A DNA stretch of 64,000 bases from the human T2T-CHM13v2.0 reference genome, Homo sapiens, in the NCBI RefSeq assembly GCF_009914755.1, contig NC_060938.1; one strand, given 5' to 3'. The notes beneath the pieces are model-generated. The model searched no databases. It saw only the letters and a program-made list of their open reading frames with translations, and was not told where the DNA came from. A program made the translations under genes and the position numbers. Positions 1 to 12,205 of the stretch are shown here, in pieces. Every line of letters begins with the position of its first letter. Positions within the stretch are counted from its first letter, which is position 1.

Positions 1-47
1 TATCGTAAGGACACCACCAAGGGGATAGTGCTAAACCATTCACGAGG
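1..47 (+). mobile_element. MST/MaLR LTR fragment (cut by window edge)
   Basis: CACCAAGGGGATAGTGCTAAACCATTCACGAGGG resembles the MST LTR motif also seen at ~12525-12546. Confidence 0.5.
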
Positions 48-58
48 GCCACATATAA

Positions 59-209
59 GGGCTCACACCTGTAACCTTCACACATTGGGAAGCCGAGATG
101 GGAAGATCTCAAGCCTAGGAGTTCAAGGTTACATTGAGGTGTAACTGTGTCTCTACACTCCAGCCTGGGCAACAGAGCAAGACCCTGTCTCTAAGTAAAA
201 ATAAAAATA
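59..209 (+). mobile_element. Alu monomer (FAM/FRAM/FLAM-like)
   Basis: GGCTCACACCTGTAA...CTCCAGCCTGGGCAACAGAGCAAGACCCTGTCTC plus A-rich tail; single diverged monomer. Confidence 0.75.
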
Positions 210-819
210 GAGTCAAAGAACCATCCAGAATCATTTCCTTTTTAAAGTGACTATTTATGTCGCTTTCAATGTCCTTAACTCTTTAAGCAACTGTTCTTGC
301 CAAAGGCCAGTAATCTTAAGTTTATTTTCTCTGGATATATTCAGCTGCTGCATCCAAACATAATTAATTCACACCATCAATAAATGGCTTTGCTTGGCTA
401 ACAAATGATTGACTTAGAGACTTACTGTTGTTGCAGCCTCATTTTCATTTTGCGAAGAAATTCTGCTTTGTTATTTCCATTTTAAATTTTCTAATTTTTC
501 TAACAGTTGCTTGCCTGTGAGTTGGGAATACTGTGATGAGTGGTTTGTCTGGTAATGTCAATGGTTATTCTTTTAGCTTAGCTATATAGATGCTTTGTCG
601 TCTAATTCAACATCAAAATAATTCACACCCTACTGTACTTTAAAAATAACAACAAAGTCCACTTTTCTTGTTTTGCTATAATAGATATGCTCTGGTAATA
701 AAAAATAAAATGTGGGTTCATGTGATATACATGGCACTCAAAATGCTGTCGTTACAACCACATCAGTGATTTGTGATGTGTCAAACAGCAGTGTGAAGTG
801 ATGACAGTCACATTCAGTG

Positions 820-1240
820 TGTGTTGCAACCACTCAACTCTGCTATTGTTCAAGAAAGCAGCTGCAGTCCTCACTTCAGCAGCACATATACTAAAAAACT
901 GGAATGGTACAGAGAAGATCAGAATGGTCCCTGCGCAAGGATGACATGCAAATTCGTGAAGCGTTCCATATTAAAAACAAAAAACAGCTGCAGATGATAT
1001 GTAAACAAACGAGCATGGTATGTTCCAATCAAACTTTATGAACTCTGAAACTCTTAATTTCATACAATTCTAATTTTTAAAACTGATACATAATAGATGT
1101 CATAAAATTTTCACGTCACAAAATGTTCTTTTGATTATTTTTCAACCAATGGAAAACGTAAGAACATTATTAGGCCACAGGCCATATGAAAACAGGTGGT
1201 GGGACAGATTTGGCCTGCAGGATGTAGTTTGCCTGCCCCG
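820..1240. mobile_element. MER58 (MER58B-like) hAT-Charlie MITE, interrupted by U6 retrocopy
   Basis: GTTGCAACCACTCAACTCTGC...TGTTCCAATCAAACTTTAT...AAAACAGGTGGTGGGACAGATTTGGCCTGCAGGATGTAGTTTGCC match recalled MER58 consensus. Confidence 0.7.
867..972 (+). pseudogene. Full-length U6 snRNA retropseudogene
   Basis: GTCCTCACTTCAGCAGCACATATACTAAAA...ACAGAGAAGAT...CTGCGCAAGGATGACATGCAAATTCGTGAAGCGTTCCATATT aligns end-to-end with U6; A-rich tail; flanking direct repeat AAAGCAGCTGCA / AAAACAGCTGCA (TSD); no PSE/TATA recognised upstream. Confidence 0.95.
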
Positions 1241-1578
1241 TTCTAAATAATTTCATTTTTTATTACTTTTATGGTGATAGTTAATTGGCAGTAAAGGAGT
1301 AGTTACGTAAAGGACAACTACAAAGTGGTGTTAATACCTTCCTAGTTAGTACTCAATCACCCTACTTTCAAAAATTATTTTCCCTGAGAGAAAATATTTA
1401 TTCATATTTATCCAATAAAAATTAGATATATTTTGTTATAAAATAATTGTATGTTATAATTTAGATAACAGGGAATGTATTTGGTAGCCTTAGTTCAGTT
1501 AAAGTTTAATTGGTAATCCTCAATTTGTAAAATAAGGCAAAGTACAAGGGTTCAATAGTAAAAACCAAACCCTAAAAT

Positions 1579-1584
1579 TTTATT
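1579..1584 (-). promoter_or_regulatory. Candidate proximal polyadenylation signal (AATAAA) of TRMT5
   Basis: TTTATT on + strand, 65 nt after the stop codon; AT-rich context makes chance occurrence possible. Confidence 0.35.
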
Positions 1585-1648
1585 AAATAATACAAATTCT
1601 ATTTCACTACATGTAAGTCTGGTAGGGAGATGGAGAAAACATTTCCAA

Positions 1649-1734
1649 TTAAGTGTTTGAAACAATTTGTGTTTTTTCGTCTGAAAAGGCTTCAGCCGTC
1701 CTCTGCCTTTTAAGAGGTGGATCTTCATGATTCT
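1649..1734 (-). CDS. TRMT5: TRMT5 exon 5 (last coding exon), tRNA (guanine-N1)-37 methyltransferase
   Basis: Acceptor ttacag|AG; encodes (E)NHEDPPLKRQRTAEAFSDEKTQIVSNT then TAA at 1651-1649; total spliced CDS 1530 nt. Confidence 0.95.
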
Positions 1735-1876
1735 CTGTAATAAATCCAGAAAACCTATTTTAGGTAAGATATTAACAGTTGAAAATACTCTTAAAAAAAC
1801 AAACAATATAGGCATTTTTAATCTAGTCAACTTAAACATGAAATAACATTCTTGCAGATTTACTATTTTAATGAAA

Positions 1877-1934
1877 TAGCCTTCTATTAGACTGAACTAA
1901 CACAGTAGCTTTCTATTAGACTGAACTAATACTG
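1877..1934. repeat. 29-bp tandem duplication in TRMT5 intron 4
   Basis: TAGCCTTCTATTAGACTGAACTAACACAG / TAGCTTTCTATTAGACTGAACTAATACTG. Confidence 0.9.
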
Positions 1935-2014
1935 CATTAAAATTTGTAAAACTGGGAGGAATTAGTTACAATTGAATGGCAAGGTTTACATTTAATTTCC
2001 CAGAAACTGCTCAC

Positions 2015-2666
2015 CTGGATTTCTGGTCTGGTTCTTGTAGAGGACAGAGGCAGGAATCTGAAACGTGATGCACAGCATTTCCTTGTTTGGGGCCACATTT
2101 CTTACCAGGTGAACTGAACTGCATGCCTCCAGAGAAATGCCTAACACAGCTCCAGCCCTTTGCCGAACATCCTCAGCAGGGTTAGCATCTTTGGAAAAGC
2201 TATAACAATGCACTATGGGAAGGAACTCACTGCTGCATGGCTGCCCATCTAAAAGCCACTTGAAAGCACTAAGAAACTCTATAGCTTTTGCTGGCAAGTT
2301 CATGACAACGTGCACAGAGGGTTTTCTTTCTTTTGACAGACCCAGCAGCTGCATTAACTCTTCTTTGACTGGTCCTTGGAGGAAGTCTTTCCCATCCAAG
2401 TTGAAGACTTTCACCTTTTGGTCCACTTTATTTAATTTACAGTTGTACAACAGCCATTTATGAGATTCAGGATTGAGATCATTGGCAAATACAGTGCAGT
2501 TTTTCTTTGCTACTGGAATGGCAAAGGGCCCAACCCCAGCAAAAACATCAAATAGGACATCCCCAGGTTTGAGAAGTTCTGTGATACGGCTGTGTTCTGT
2601 AGACAGACGAGGATTCCAATAGACTTTTGAAAAATCAAATTCATAGGTGTAGTTGTTTTCTCGAAC
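2015..2666 (-). CDS. TRMT5: TRMT5 exon 4 (SAM-binding Rossmann domain)
   Basis: tttcag|GTT acceptor, G|gtgag donor; encodes [21 protein letters not shown]...DVFAGVGPF (motif I)...NDLNP...VMNLP; overlaps ORF track 1992..2450. Confidence 0.97.
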
Positions 2667-4053
2667 CTGAAAAAAGGTGTTATGCTTTTTGGTTAATTTC
2701 CTTGGTCCTAAATCCTAACCATTGATATTGGATAGGTTGTGTATACACACAGGCAAACACATACACATTTAAGTTTACTACTGTAAGAGCCAAACAACAG
2801 TGCATTTAAAGGCATTTTAATTAGACTCCTGGTGTTTATGCTATTCCTAAGGCCAGTTAATATACTGCATTAGACTTATTCGTGAGAAAAAGTCATCTCT
2901 TTAAAGCCAAATGGCTCTCCATCTCAATCCTATAGGGCCATGGCCATAAAGTAGTTACCATATCACATGAGGAATTTGTCAGACAGGCCAATTAACTGGC
3001 TTAATTATACTCTTATGTCACCAGATAGACAAGGCAAGACCTACAATTTTGAAACAACACACCACCCATATCTTCATGCTGGGTAGCCAAGTTGCAGACA
3101 GTACTTCTATGCAGCAAACAAGCTTCCCTCCTTATTTAGTTTTGTGTTTGTAAAAGGGAGCCATGGTAGATGTGTCACTCAATTTTGAGGTATTTTACTA
3201 TGTTTTTCGACAGCTACTTGAACTTTGCAAATTTGATGTCTATAAATTAGAGCCAGTGTATAGAATGAATCATTCCCAGATTCTCTTTCCCAAATTTGAG
3301 TTTTCATGGGTAAACTAAATATATACAGTGAAGCTAATTCTTGAACAAAAGACTTTTTAACGTTTCTTTTGGGTCTATTGTAGTAGACACCTTAAAAAAC
3401 AGAAAATAAAACTTAAGTTACAGTCATGAAGTATGACCTCAGCCATCATCTTAAACTCATTAATTTATGCATGAAGAATCAAAGGCCAGAAAGTTCATAA
3501 GTTCTATAAATCTCATAGATAGATACATCTTCCATCTTCTGCTTTCCAGGACCTTAATTCCCAATTTGTATGTATTTTTTTTTTCCTTCTCCCAACCATA
3601 TCAGATGCTTCCGGCCAAATTATTAAGGTTACAGAGGTGGAAATGTTTCTGCAAATTTCTGCCAACTAAAAGTCTTTCTGGGTATAACCTAGAAGGTTTA
3701 AATATATCTCGAGAACTATTTTATACATACTGTTCTATAACTTGCTTTTTGTCACTTATATTGCTTTCTGGCAATTGTCCATTGTCAACCTATCGATGGA
3801 CAACTTATTTTAACAAATATGGAGCTAAAAAACCTTTAATGATGGAAATATTCCATTGTATCACTATATGAGAATTTAACCAATTCTTCTGAAAAGGCTT
3901 TATCAGTGTTATTCCATCAATAGCATACATAAGTGATCACATTCTCACATACTCACCAACACTGGATGTTACAAGTATTTTAAATCTTTGTCATCTATTC
4001 TGACTCTAAACATAATATTGATATACACCTTACTTGGAGATAATAAAATATAC

Positions 4054-4178
4054 CTTTGTCATCATGTTCTGCTCTCCAGATAGCACTTCCATTTGGAAAT
4101 TTCGGTACATATTGTCAATATTATTTATTTTATTTACTGCTGAGGTGATTCCTGGATTTTTGTCAATCATAACCTGGC
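4054..4178 (-). CDS. TRMT5: TRMT5 exon 3
   Basis: tttag|GC acceptor, AAG|gtatat donor; [41 protein letters not shown]; 125 nt keeps frame. Confidence 0.96.
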
Positions 4179-5770
4179 CTAAAAGAAAAAATGAAAATCC
4201 ATAATACTGCCTATTGGTTGCAAAATAAAAGCTAACATTGTTAATATGAAACAGAAATGAGTTGTATTTCTTTTGGTTGATAAAGACTGCACCTACTGTG
4301 TGTAATGTGGCATGCAATTTAAAAAATTCAACAGATGACTAAAGTTAATGTCTGACGGTTGCTAATATGCACACACAAAATGTTGGGTACATTTTTAAAG
4401 AAAACGTTTTGAGGAGTTTGGGTCTACCTAATGTTTTTTCCATGTTTTACTAAATCTTTTCAAATGAACCAATAAACAAGGAACCAAAAAGGTAGATCAC
4501 AAGGAATTGGGAAAGAATGGAAAGAGATGTAAAGGACCCTGGCAACAAATGGCCTCAGAAAACAGTAAAACATCTGCCGGTTCCACTGGCCTCAAGCCAA
4601 ATGTCTGTTTTACTATGGCTTTGGAACAAATGCCCCCACTTTAGAAATATATGCCAGCAAAACAATGTTTCCAAAAAAAAAGAAACATAGATTATTTACA
4701 GTCCTATCTAAATTAAATGTTCATTTACTTCAGAGCAAAAAAAGCTACAGAACTGGCATACTCATGGCCATTTGATGAATCTATTTTTTTAGTTAGCACT
4801 TTAAAAAAGTTATAAAAATCTATATGCTATCTCATTGCATAACTTGATTTGTAAATCAGCACACAGTACCCAATTATACAATATCCTGAAATACAACCAG
4901 CATTTGTCCCATTTCTGATAATCAGATACTTGTTTTTTAATATAGTATCAATAAACGAATTAATCATTGTTCTTACCCTTTCTGCTTCATGTATCTGAAC
5001 TCAACTTTTAAGGTACAGAATTTAGTTTGAAATGAGGAATGAAATTTATAAATTTTTAAAAACTATTCTGAAGGTCTATAGTAAAAGCTTTAAAATTACT
5101 ACTGTATGAAAATGTTTCACTTTTAATGTATGAGTGCCTCTATGAAAGAAAGTTTATAAAATAGGAATGCCAGAGGAATGTTTGAGTTAGGGTAGGCAGT
5201 GACTCACAGGAAAGCCTAGACTTGACATTTGTACCCAGTCACAATTACAAGGATCTGCTTAAGTATTTATGTTACCACTATCCATTATTACTCCCTTCAT
5301 CAATAAAAACAAAAGAAATGTGTAACAGGACAGTATGGTGCTTGACATATAGAAGAGGCTCAATTGGTTGAATCAATGAAAGCATAAGTAAACATCTTGC
5401 ACTTTTGACTATAAAGTACCCAAATTTATGAAACCTAGTATTTAACATAGCCCTGAAGGCCTAACAAGTCTTGTGTACCAAAAAGATCTCTCCTCAATGT
5501 AGCTGCCAAAGCATGTGATTCAAGTTTAATCTACACTGATGTATTGTTGTACACAAAAGCCTGGACCAGTATTTGGAACTTGCTATGACTAAAGAAGATA
5601 TTTCAAAATGGCCCTCAAAAGAGGGTATGTAGCTCAAGATCTAGCTTAAAGTTAACATGATAAAATGTTCTGCCTCTGTAACTTGGCATTAAAAAAAATA
5701 ATTTTTAAAGCTAAAATTAACAATTTGCAAATTCCCTTCAAATACATGAATATTACTATGACACACGTAC

Positions 5771-6426
5771 CAATTAAATGTTTGAAAGGCAGCTGATGAT
5801 CTCGAAGGTTTAGGTGTGCAATATGTCCAATCCTGCTAAACCCTGAAGTTACATCTTGACCTTCAGGAAGCACAGCTCTCAAGATTTCTTCTGACTTAAA
5901 GTGTTCATATGTTAGTTCCAAATTGTATTTAGAGATCTGTGGACTGACATTAAGCTGCTCTAAAACACTGAGTTCTGCTTTCTCAAAGGAATCATGAGTA
6001 AATATTTTATAGGGATCCAACATGATTAGTCTACTTTCTTTATCTTCCGGATCTTCAATCACACGTCTTATGCCTGGGCGCTGCAATGCTGCCCTTTTTA
6101 GGGATCGCATCAATTTACTGACTATTTCTTTCCTCACTTTAAGCACTGGAATGTTGACTGTCTTTTTAAAAGCTGTTCTATCAAGTTTTGTCATGCCTCG
6201 GACATCAGAAGGTGGTGAAAACAATTCAGTCTCTCTCTCATGTGTTTCTGTTTCTGGCATGGTTGAGAATCTTTTTCTTTGACCCAATAAGAAAATACCA
6301 GGTGCTTCCAAAAGCATCTGTGTCAGGGATGTCCAAGCTACTGGAATCAACGATTTTGATTCAGTTATGCTATGGCTTTCCAGTTTCAGAAATCTTCCTG
6401 AGAATCCAAATGGCCTCCATAAGATC
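5771..6426 (-). CDS. TRMT5: TRMT5 exon 2
   Basis: T18-aag|G acceptor, G|gtacgt donor; [15 protein letters not shown]...[19 protein letters not shown] (Trm5 GHIAHLNL motif); 656 nt. Confidence 0.97.
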
Positions 6427-6809
6427 CTTAAAAAAAAAAAAAAAAAATTCACACACGACAGCTTTTGAGAATAAAAATCTAAATTCTACTATCTCAAATA
6501 ACGGGCTAAATGCTGACAAATAAAACGTTTAGTGATGTGTGGGAAGTATACTATCTTTTCCAGACTAGGATGACTTCTTCAGGAAGTCGTATTAGTGGTA
6601 GATAATAGTGGTATATATTAAATTTACACCTTCAACCCATCTGCTCCCAGTTCAGAGGGCTTAGTGATCCATTAGCCATACTCAATGATCCTCTTCACCC
6701 ACAATTTTCTAGATAATACATTTGGGATTGGAAGACTGAAGTATGAGTTAAATGGTCATCTGTAAATGAAATAGTCATTATACATGACCATTACTAGTGG
6801 TGATATTTA

Positions 6810-7035
6810 TTAGGATAGTCTCATGGGTGCTTATTGTGTCAGATACTGCGCTAAATGCTTTATGTACATTATGAATCTTGGGAGGTGTGCAGTATTGCAC
6901 CCTCATTTTGTAAATAAGTAAACTAAAGCTCAGACGTAAGGTAACCCACCCAAAGTCTCCCAGCTGATAAGTGGCTAAACATGGATTAAAACCTAGTTTT
7001 GACTGACTTCGGTGCTTGTGTTCTTAATATATTGC
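6810..7035 (-). mobile_element. MIR
   Basis: TTATTGTGTCAGATACTGCGCTAAATGCTTTA...CCTCATTTTGTAAATAAGTAAACTAAAGCTCAGA...GTAACCCACCCAAAGTC core-like pattern. Confidence 0.6.
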
Positions 7036-7502
7036 TCTGTTGTTTGTTTTCGATGCTTTACTGCCACATGTCCTGCCTTTAACTAGAGGCTTCTGTATTT
7101 TGAGGACGAGAGCTTTGCTGATTGTTATATGCATAGTATCAGTTATTCACTGTCTTCTAAAATACCAAAGAATTTACTTGTAAGGGGAAAGGGCCCTGTC
7201 CCAGAATCCTGTAAAGCAACGAAGTCTAACTTCACCGTCAGAGATCAAATTGGTTCTAGCAGCTGACCAGCTGGGTGACCCTGGATAAATTACTATAAGT
7301 CTCGGTTTTCCCACCAGTAAAATGTGGCGAAAGGCTTTTGAAACATTCCTTACTATCCAGAACCTCGAAACTAAGCTCAGCACCTAGGCGGGTGGGTGAC
7401 CTCGCGATGTTTCTGTGCCCAGGCAGCACATGGCAGAGAGCAGCCCTGGGCGGGCTGGTACCTCCCCTGGACCATTAGCCCCTAACGCGGCCGCCACCTC
7501 AC

Positions 7503-7513
7503 CAAAGCACCAT
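7503..7513 (-). CDS. TRMT5: TRMT5 exon 1 coding part (MVL-W)
   Basis: ggaATGG strong Kozak; ATG GTG CTT TG|gtgagg; TG+G of exon 2 gives W, yielding MVLWILWRPF. Confidence 0.9.
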
Positions 7514-7563
7514 TCCAATTCCCCACGTCGCTCTGCAGCTGGATCCGCGAGCCGACCCCTCAC

Positions 7564-7658
7564 CTCCCGCTCCGGTACCGATCGGATGTGGGTCGCGGGT
7601 GGATGGGCGGGTCTTCTATGACATCATCACTGTTCGCCGCGAAGAGGGCGCGCGTCAT
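7564..7658 (-). CDS. TRMT5: TRMT5 alternative upstream first coding exon (537-aa isoform) / uORF
   Basis: ATG at 7658, 95 nt open (MTRALFAANSDDVIEDPPIHPRPTSDRYRSG-R), donor GAG|gtgagg in the same phase (2) as the main exon 1. Confidence 0.6.
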
Positions 7659-7778
7659 CAGATCAAGTCGACTCGCTCCTCTCCTTCCAGGCCCTGGTGA
7701 AGTACGGAATGCCGGAAGGGCCGGGCTCAAAGCTCCGCCTCTGGCGCGACCGACGACTGGAGCGCAGGGCAGGGGTAG

Positions 7779-8036
<258 letters not shown>

Positions 8037-8966
8037 TGAACCCTGGGGGATGGGGTCTGAAGGCAGCCGCCGAGATTCAGATGAGATTGGCGCAGTTATG
8101 AACGTGATAGCAGCCTAGCATACTCTAGAAAGAAAAGATGAAAAGCGTCGGGTGGAAGAGATGCAGCGTTGAGTGGAAGCTGCGAACATGATGGGATGAG
8201 CGGCCCTAGGATTATGTACTCACTGCTGTTAGTTAGTATTTTTGTCACCTTATTTTCTCCACCAGTCTCGTGAGGTCTTTGCAAGAGTCACAGGATTTTC
8301 CTCTTCCGACTTAGTCATGGGGGGAGGGAAAGTAATAAACATTTTAATACAGAAATTCTTAGCGGTAGAATGGAAGTGGCTTGGTAGTAAGTGCATAGCA
8401 CGTTCCTGACCCTAAAGCCTGTGCAGTGGGCACTCCGCTTTTTAACTCGAGTCCTAGACACTGTTCCCAGGACTTTGTTCCCGGTGCTGTTTGTGGGGAG
8501 GGGGATGTTTTCAGGGATACTGCCAGAACAACGTGAATTGCTTCTGTTTATAATATTGTCATTGCAAGATATTCCTGACCATCCTTCCAGTTTGGTAGAA
8601 CTAATTCATTAGATATATAAGTAGAGATTAGTTGTGCAGTCCTAGTAATTGAGGAGAAACAACTGCCCACAGCAGTCCCAGGTTGACTCAGCAATTCTTT
8701 AGTAATCACATGAGCTGAGGCCTTATCCCTCCTCTCTCTCCCCACTCCATTCCCATCCTATCTTCATCTCTTGCAGTCACAAGGTTAGTCATGGCCCTTC
8801 CTGAACTCTGCCTGTCTTGTGTACTGGTGGAAATCATTTTCCTAAGAAACCCTAGATTCCTGGAGCTGCAGTAGTGGGAGGTGGGAAGGAAAGGAAAGGA
8901 AATTAGTGTTGGTTAAGCAACGAGTGTGTCATACAAACCCTGGTGGTTTGCAGCTTTTTTCCATAA

Positions 8967-9179
<213 letters not shown>

Positions 9180-9789
9180 TGAGTCTTCATATTTTAGCAT
9201 CAAATTTTTTTTTCCATTTTGATAATATACGGAGAAGTAGAGAGATAGATTCCAGAAGCTGCTATTATACAATTTCTAGTTAGTTATTTCTGGGGTTTTA
9301 GCATTTTTCTTGTTATTCTTGTTGCTAGTGTGTACCTTGGAGGGCTACTACATAGCTTCTTAAATACACAGAAGTGTGACTAGTTTTTAAAAATGGGAAC
9401 TTGATCCACATTTCATTTATAATGAAATATGACACTTAAGAGTGGCATATTCATTGTATCTCCTTGGCCAAAGTGAATCAAAGCCATGCAGATTAACTTC
9501 CAAATAGCAATTTTGTGAGTGCAAATACAACACATAATCTTTTCATTCCTCGCTGTCTCTTTGTATTGTTAAGTAGTCTTATTTCACTTTCAGAGGCCAG
9601 ACATGTGTTTTGTGCCTGTTCTTTTTTATGTTTCAGGACTTAGCTTGTAGGCCAGTTTGCCCAAAATAGAAGACAATCCTGGATATTCTGTGCTTTCATA
9701 GTACTTTGTATATTCATTCTGTTATTATAATTGTTACAATGATATGTTTGGAAATTAATGTTCCCACTAAACTGAAATCCTTTACAACT

Positions 9790-10030
9790 GGAGGTCAAGG
9801 CAGGCGGATCACTGGAACCCACGAGTTTGAGACCAACCTGGGCAAGATGGTGAAACCCCATCTCTGCCCAAAATACAAAAATTAGCCTGGTATGGTGGAG
9901 TGCGCCTGTAGTCCTAGCTACTTGGGAGGACTGCTTGAGCCTGAGAGGTTGAGGCTGCAGTGAGCCATGATTGGGCTACTGCACTCTAGCCTGGGTGACA
10001 GAGTGAGATCCTGTCTAAAAAATTTAAAAA
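9790..10030 (+). mobile_element. Alu (AluJ-like, 5' truncated)
   Basis: GGAGGTCAAGGCAGGCGGATCAC...GAGGCTGCAGTGAGCCATGATT...A tail. Confidence 0.85.
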
Positions 10031-11246
10031 ATAGAAAAATCCTTTATAACTGGACCTTATTCTTAGCATCTAGCACCACATGGCTAATAGAATGAATTAA
10101 CAAATTGGCTTTGTCAGTAGAAGCAGATCTATTTACTAGGAAATTTAAAATGCCTAGGGAGTCTCTTTTATGTTTATTTCCTGCTTTTATTCCAAATTTT
10201 TTGATAAGCAAAGCAACTTTTAAGTAACCCAACTTGCTTTTATTATGGAATGTACTCACAAACTTTCATTATTTTTAAAATTAAAAACTATATGTGACAC
10301 CTTAAGCAAGACATAGTCAGAGGACTTGTTTTTTGATTCTCTTTGAAAAATCATAATTTATGCACCAGGGTCTTACATGCAGATATATACTGCTGAATGT
10401 GTGCTCACCCAGTCATAGCAACCATCATTTTTGGTGATGCTAAAGTGTTATTTTGTGAAGTTCCTGATGTCAGTTTAATGACATTTGTACTTTTACCTCT
10501 CAATTTTATTTATTAACAAGTATTAACTGGACCACAGAGAGAAAATTTCTTCAATGACTGGGGCAGTTCACTGGGGATAGCTGTATAGAAGCTTGTCCTG
10601 CTGGTGTCTTCCTAAAAATGAATAGGAAATTATCTAAGTTTTTTCTTTCACACTGTTGGTGAGAGGACCTCAATCATTACATTGTTTGCACATTTTTCAA
10701 ATTGCATCATTAGAGGTGTGTTAACTACATTATTTTAATTTAGTTTGGTTTGGAGAGTGTGTGCGTTTAATAGATGCTAGAAAATACAGCCTAAATAAAT
10801 CTTAAGTACACCTTAATAAGATGAAGGTATGATAAGGAGGTCAATATCACTGGAAGTAGAGGGAGGAAGGGAAAAAGAGAAGACAATGAGATTGCATAAG
10901 TAAAACTTCTGTTTAGACTTAAAATAAGAAGAAAACCAGTCATAAAAAGGAAATATTACAAGATTATTTAATGGCTGATTCAGCAGTCAGCAGACAAGAC
11001 TGCAAAATGAGGAAGTTTGCTTGTATTTTTAAAAAAGTTTGGTTTTTATTTTTTTTTATTTTAAAATCAGTATATTTTCATTTAAATAAAATTGGTAAAT
11101 ACAAAAAAGTAGAAAAGTATCTTCTTAATTTCCTTAATGAACATAATTCTACTACTCAGAGATAGTTCCTGTGAATATTTGACTGTTAAGCAATTTGTTT
11201 TTGTAATGAGACACCATACAAAAGACAAACTTTTGGGAGGTTTTGA

Positions 11247-11348
<102 letters not shown>

Positions 11349-12205
11349 TAAAAATGTTATGCTGCTTCATTTAATAAAGGAGTCTCTTGAGTTTGTATCT
11401 ACATATAGAATTGGATGTCTCAAATCTAATATCCAGTGAGCATACATTTTTATTAGATAGGGTGATCGGAATGGAGAATTTGAAAAACCAGGATATACAG
11501 ACCCAATACTGTGGGGGAATATCCAAGCACAGGATGGGAGGAGGTAATTAGCATTTTTACCTGCTTTCCTCCACAACACAACCTAATTTTCTGGAGTAGA
11601 GTAGATCATGGGAGGGTCTAAAAGGTGTTCAAAGGATCCAAACCTTATGCTTATGGAGAAATCATTTTCTCAAGGAGAGAACACCTTCTCAGAGCTACTG
11701 TTGCCTTCCCTGCCCCCATCTGCCTGCTAGTCAGAGGTAGGGATGGCAGAATTAGGATTGTAGGAAGTAAGGTCACAAAGCTTTAATTTATTTAGACACA
11801 TTTTGTATTTTTAATTGCAAGTCTAGAATAGGGTAGTTTTTTCCTAAGAGAAATAAGTATGTGCAGTTAATTCAATATATTTGTGTATATACTTTTTCCC
11901 ATTTGGAATTTTATTATGCAATTCAGTCATGTATTGAATAAGTTCTTTTAGGATCCAGTAAATAAAAGTATATGAATTATAGAAGTGCTTTTCTAAGATT
12001 TTCCTTTTGTCATTAACAAATATTCTATGTTCATCAGTCCTGGTCTTTTTATCTGTCTAGTCTCTTTTGTCTTTGGATTAGGTCAGCTTTGATGCCAAAA
12101 TCATGGGTTTAATTCTTATATGGATGAGTTCGTTTTGCTTTATCTGGCCTTGTGATGTTCAGATTTTAAGAAGAAAAGTAGATACACAAAATAGATAAAA
12201 ATGGA

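Noticed and set aside
867-972. Functional U6 snRNA gene
   Set aside because: TSD, A tail, multiple substitutions and insertion inside a MER58 indicate a retrocopy; no U6 promoter elements recognised
1877-1934. Direct repeats as a CRISPR-like array
   Set aside because: Two adjacent copies with no spacer, in a mammalian intron
3467-3871. 134-aa + strand ORF in TRMT5 intron 3
   Set aside because: No recognisable homology, splice context or promoter; consistent with a chance ORF
9601-9643. Possible cryptic acceptor (tttcag|GACTTAG) in SLC38A6 intron 2 giving an immediate stop
   Set aside because: No convincing partner donor identified; such motifs are frequent in T-rich introns
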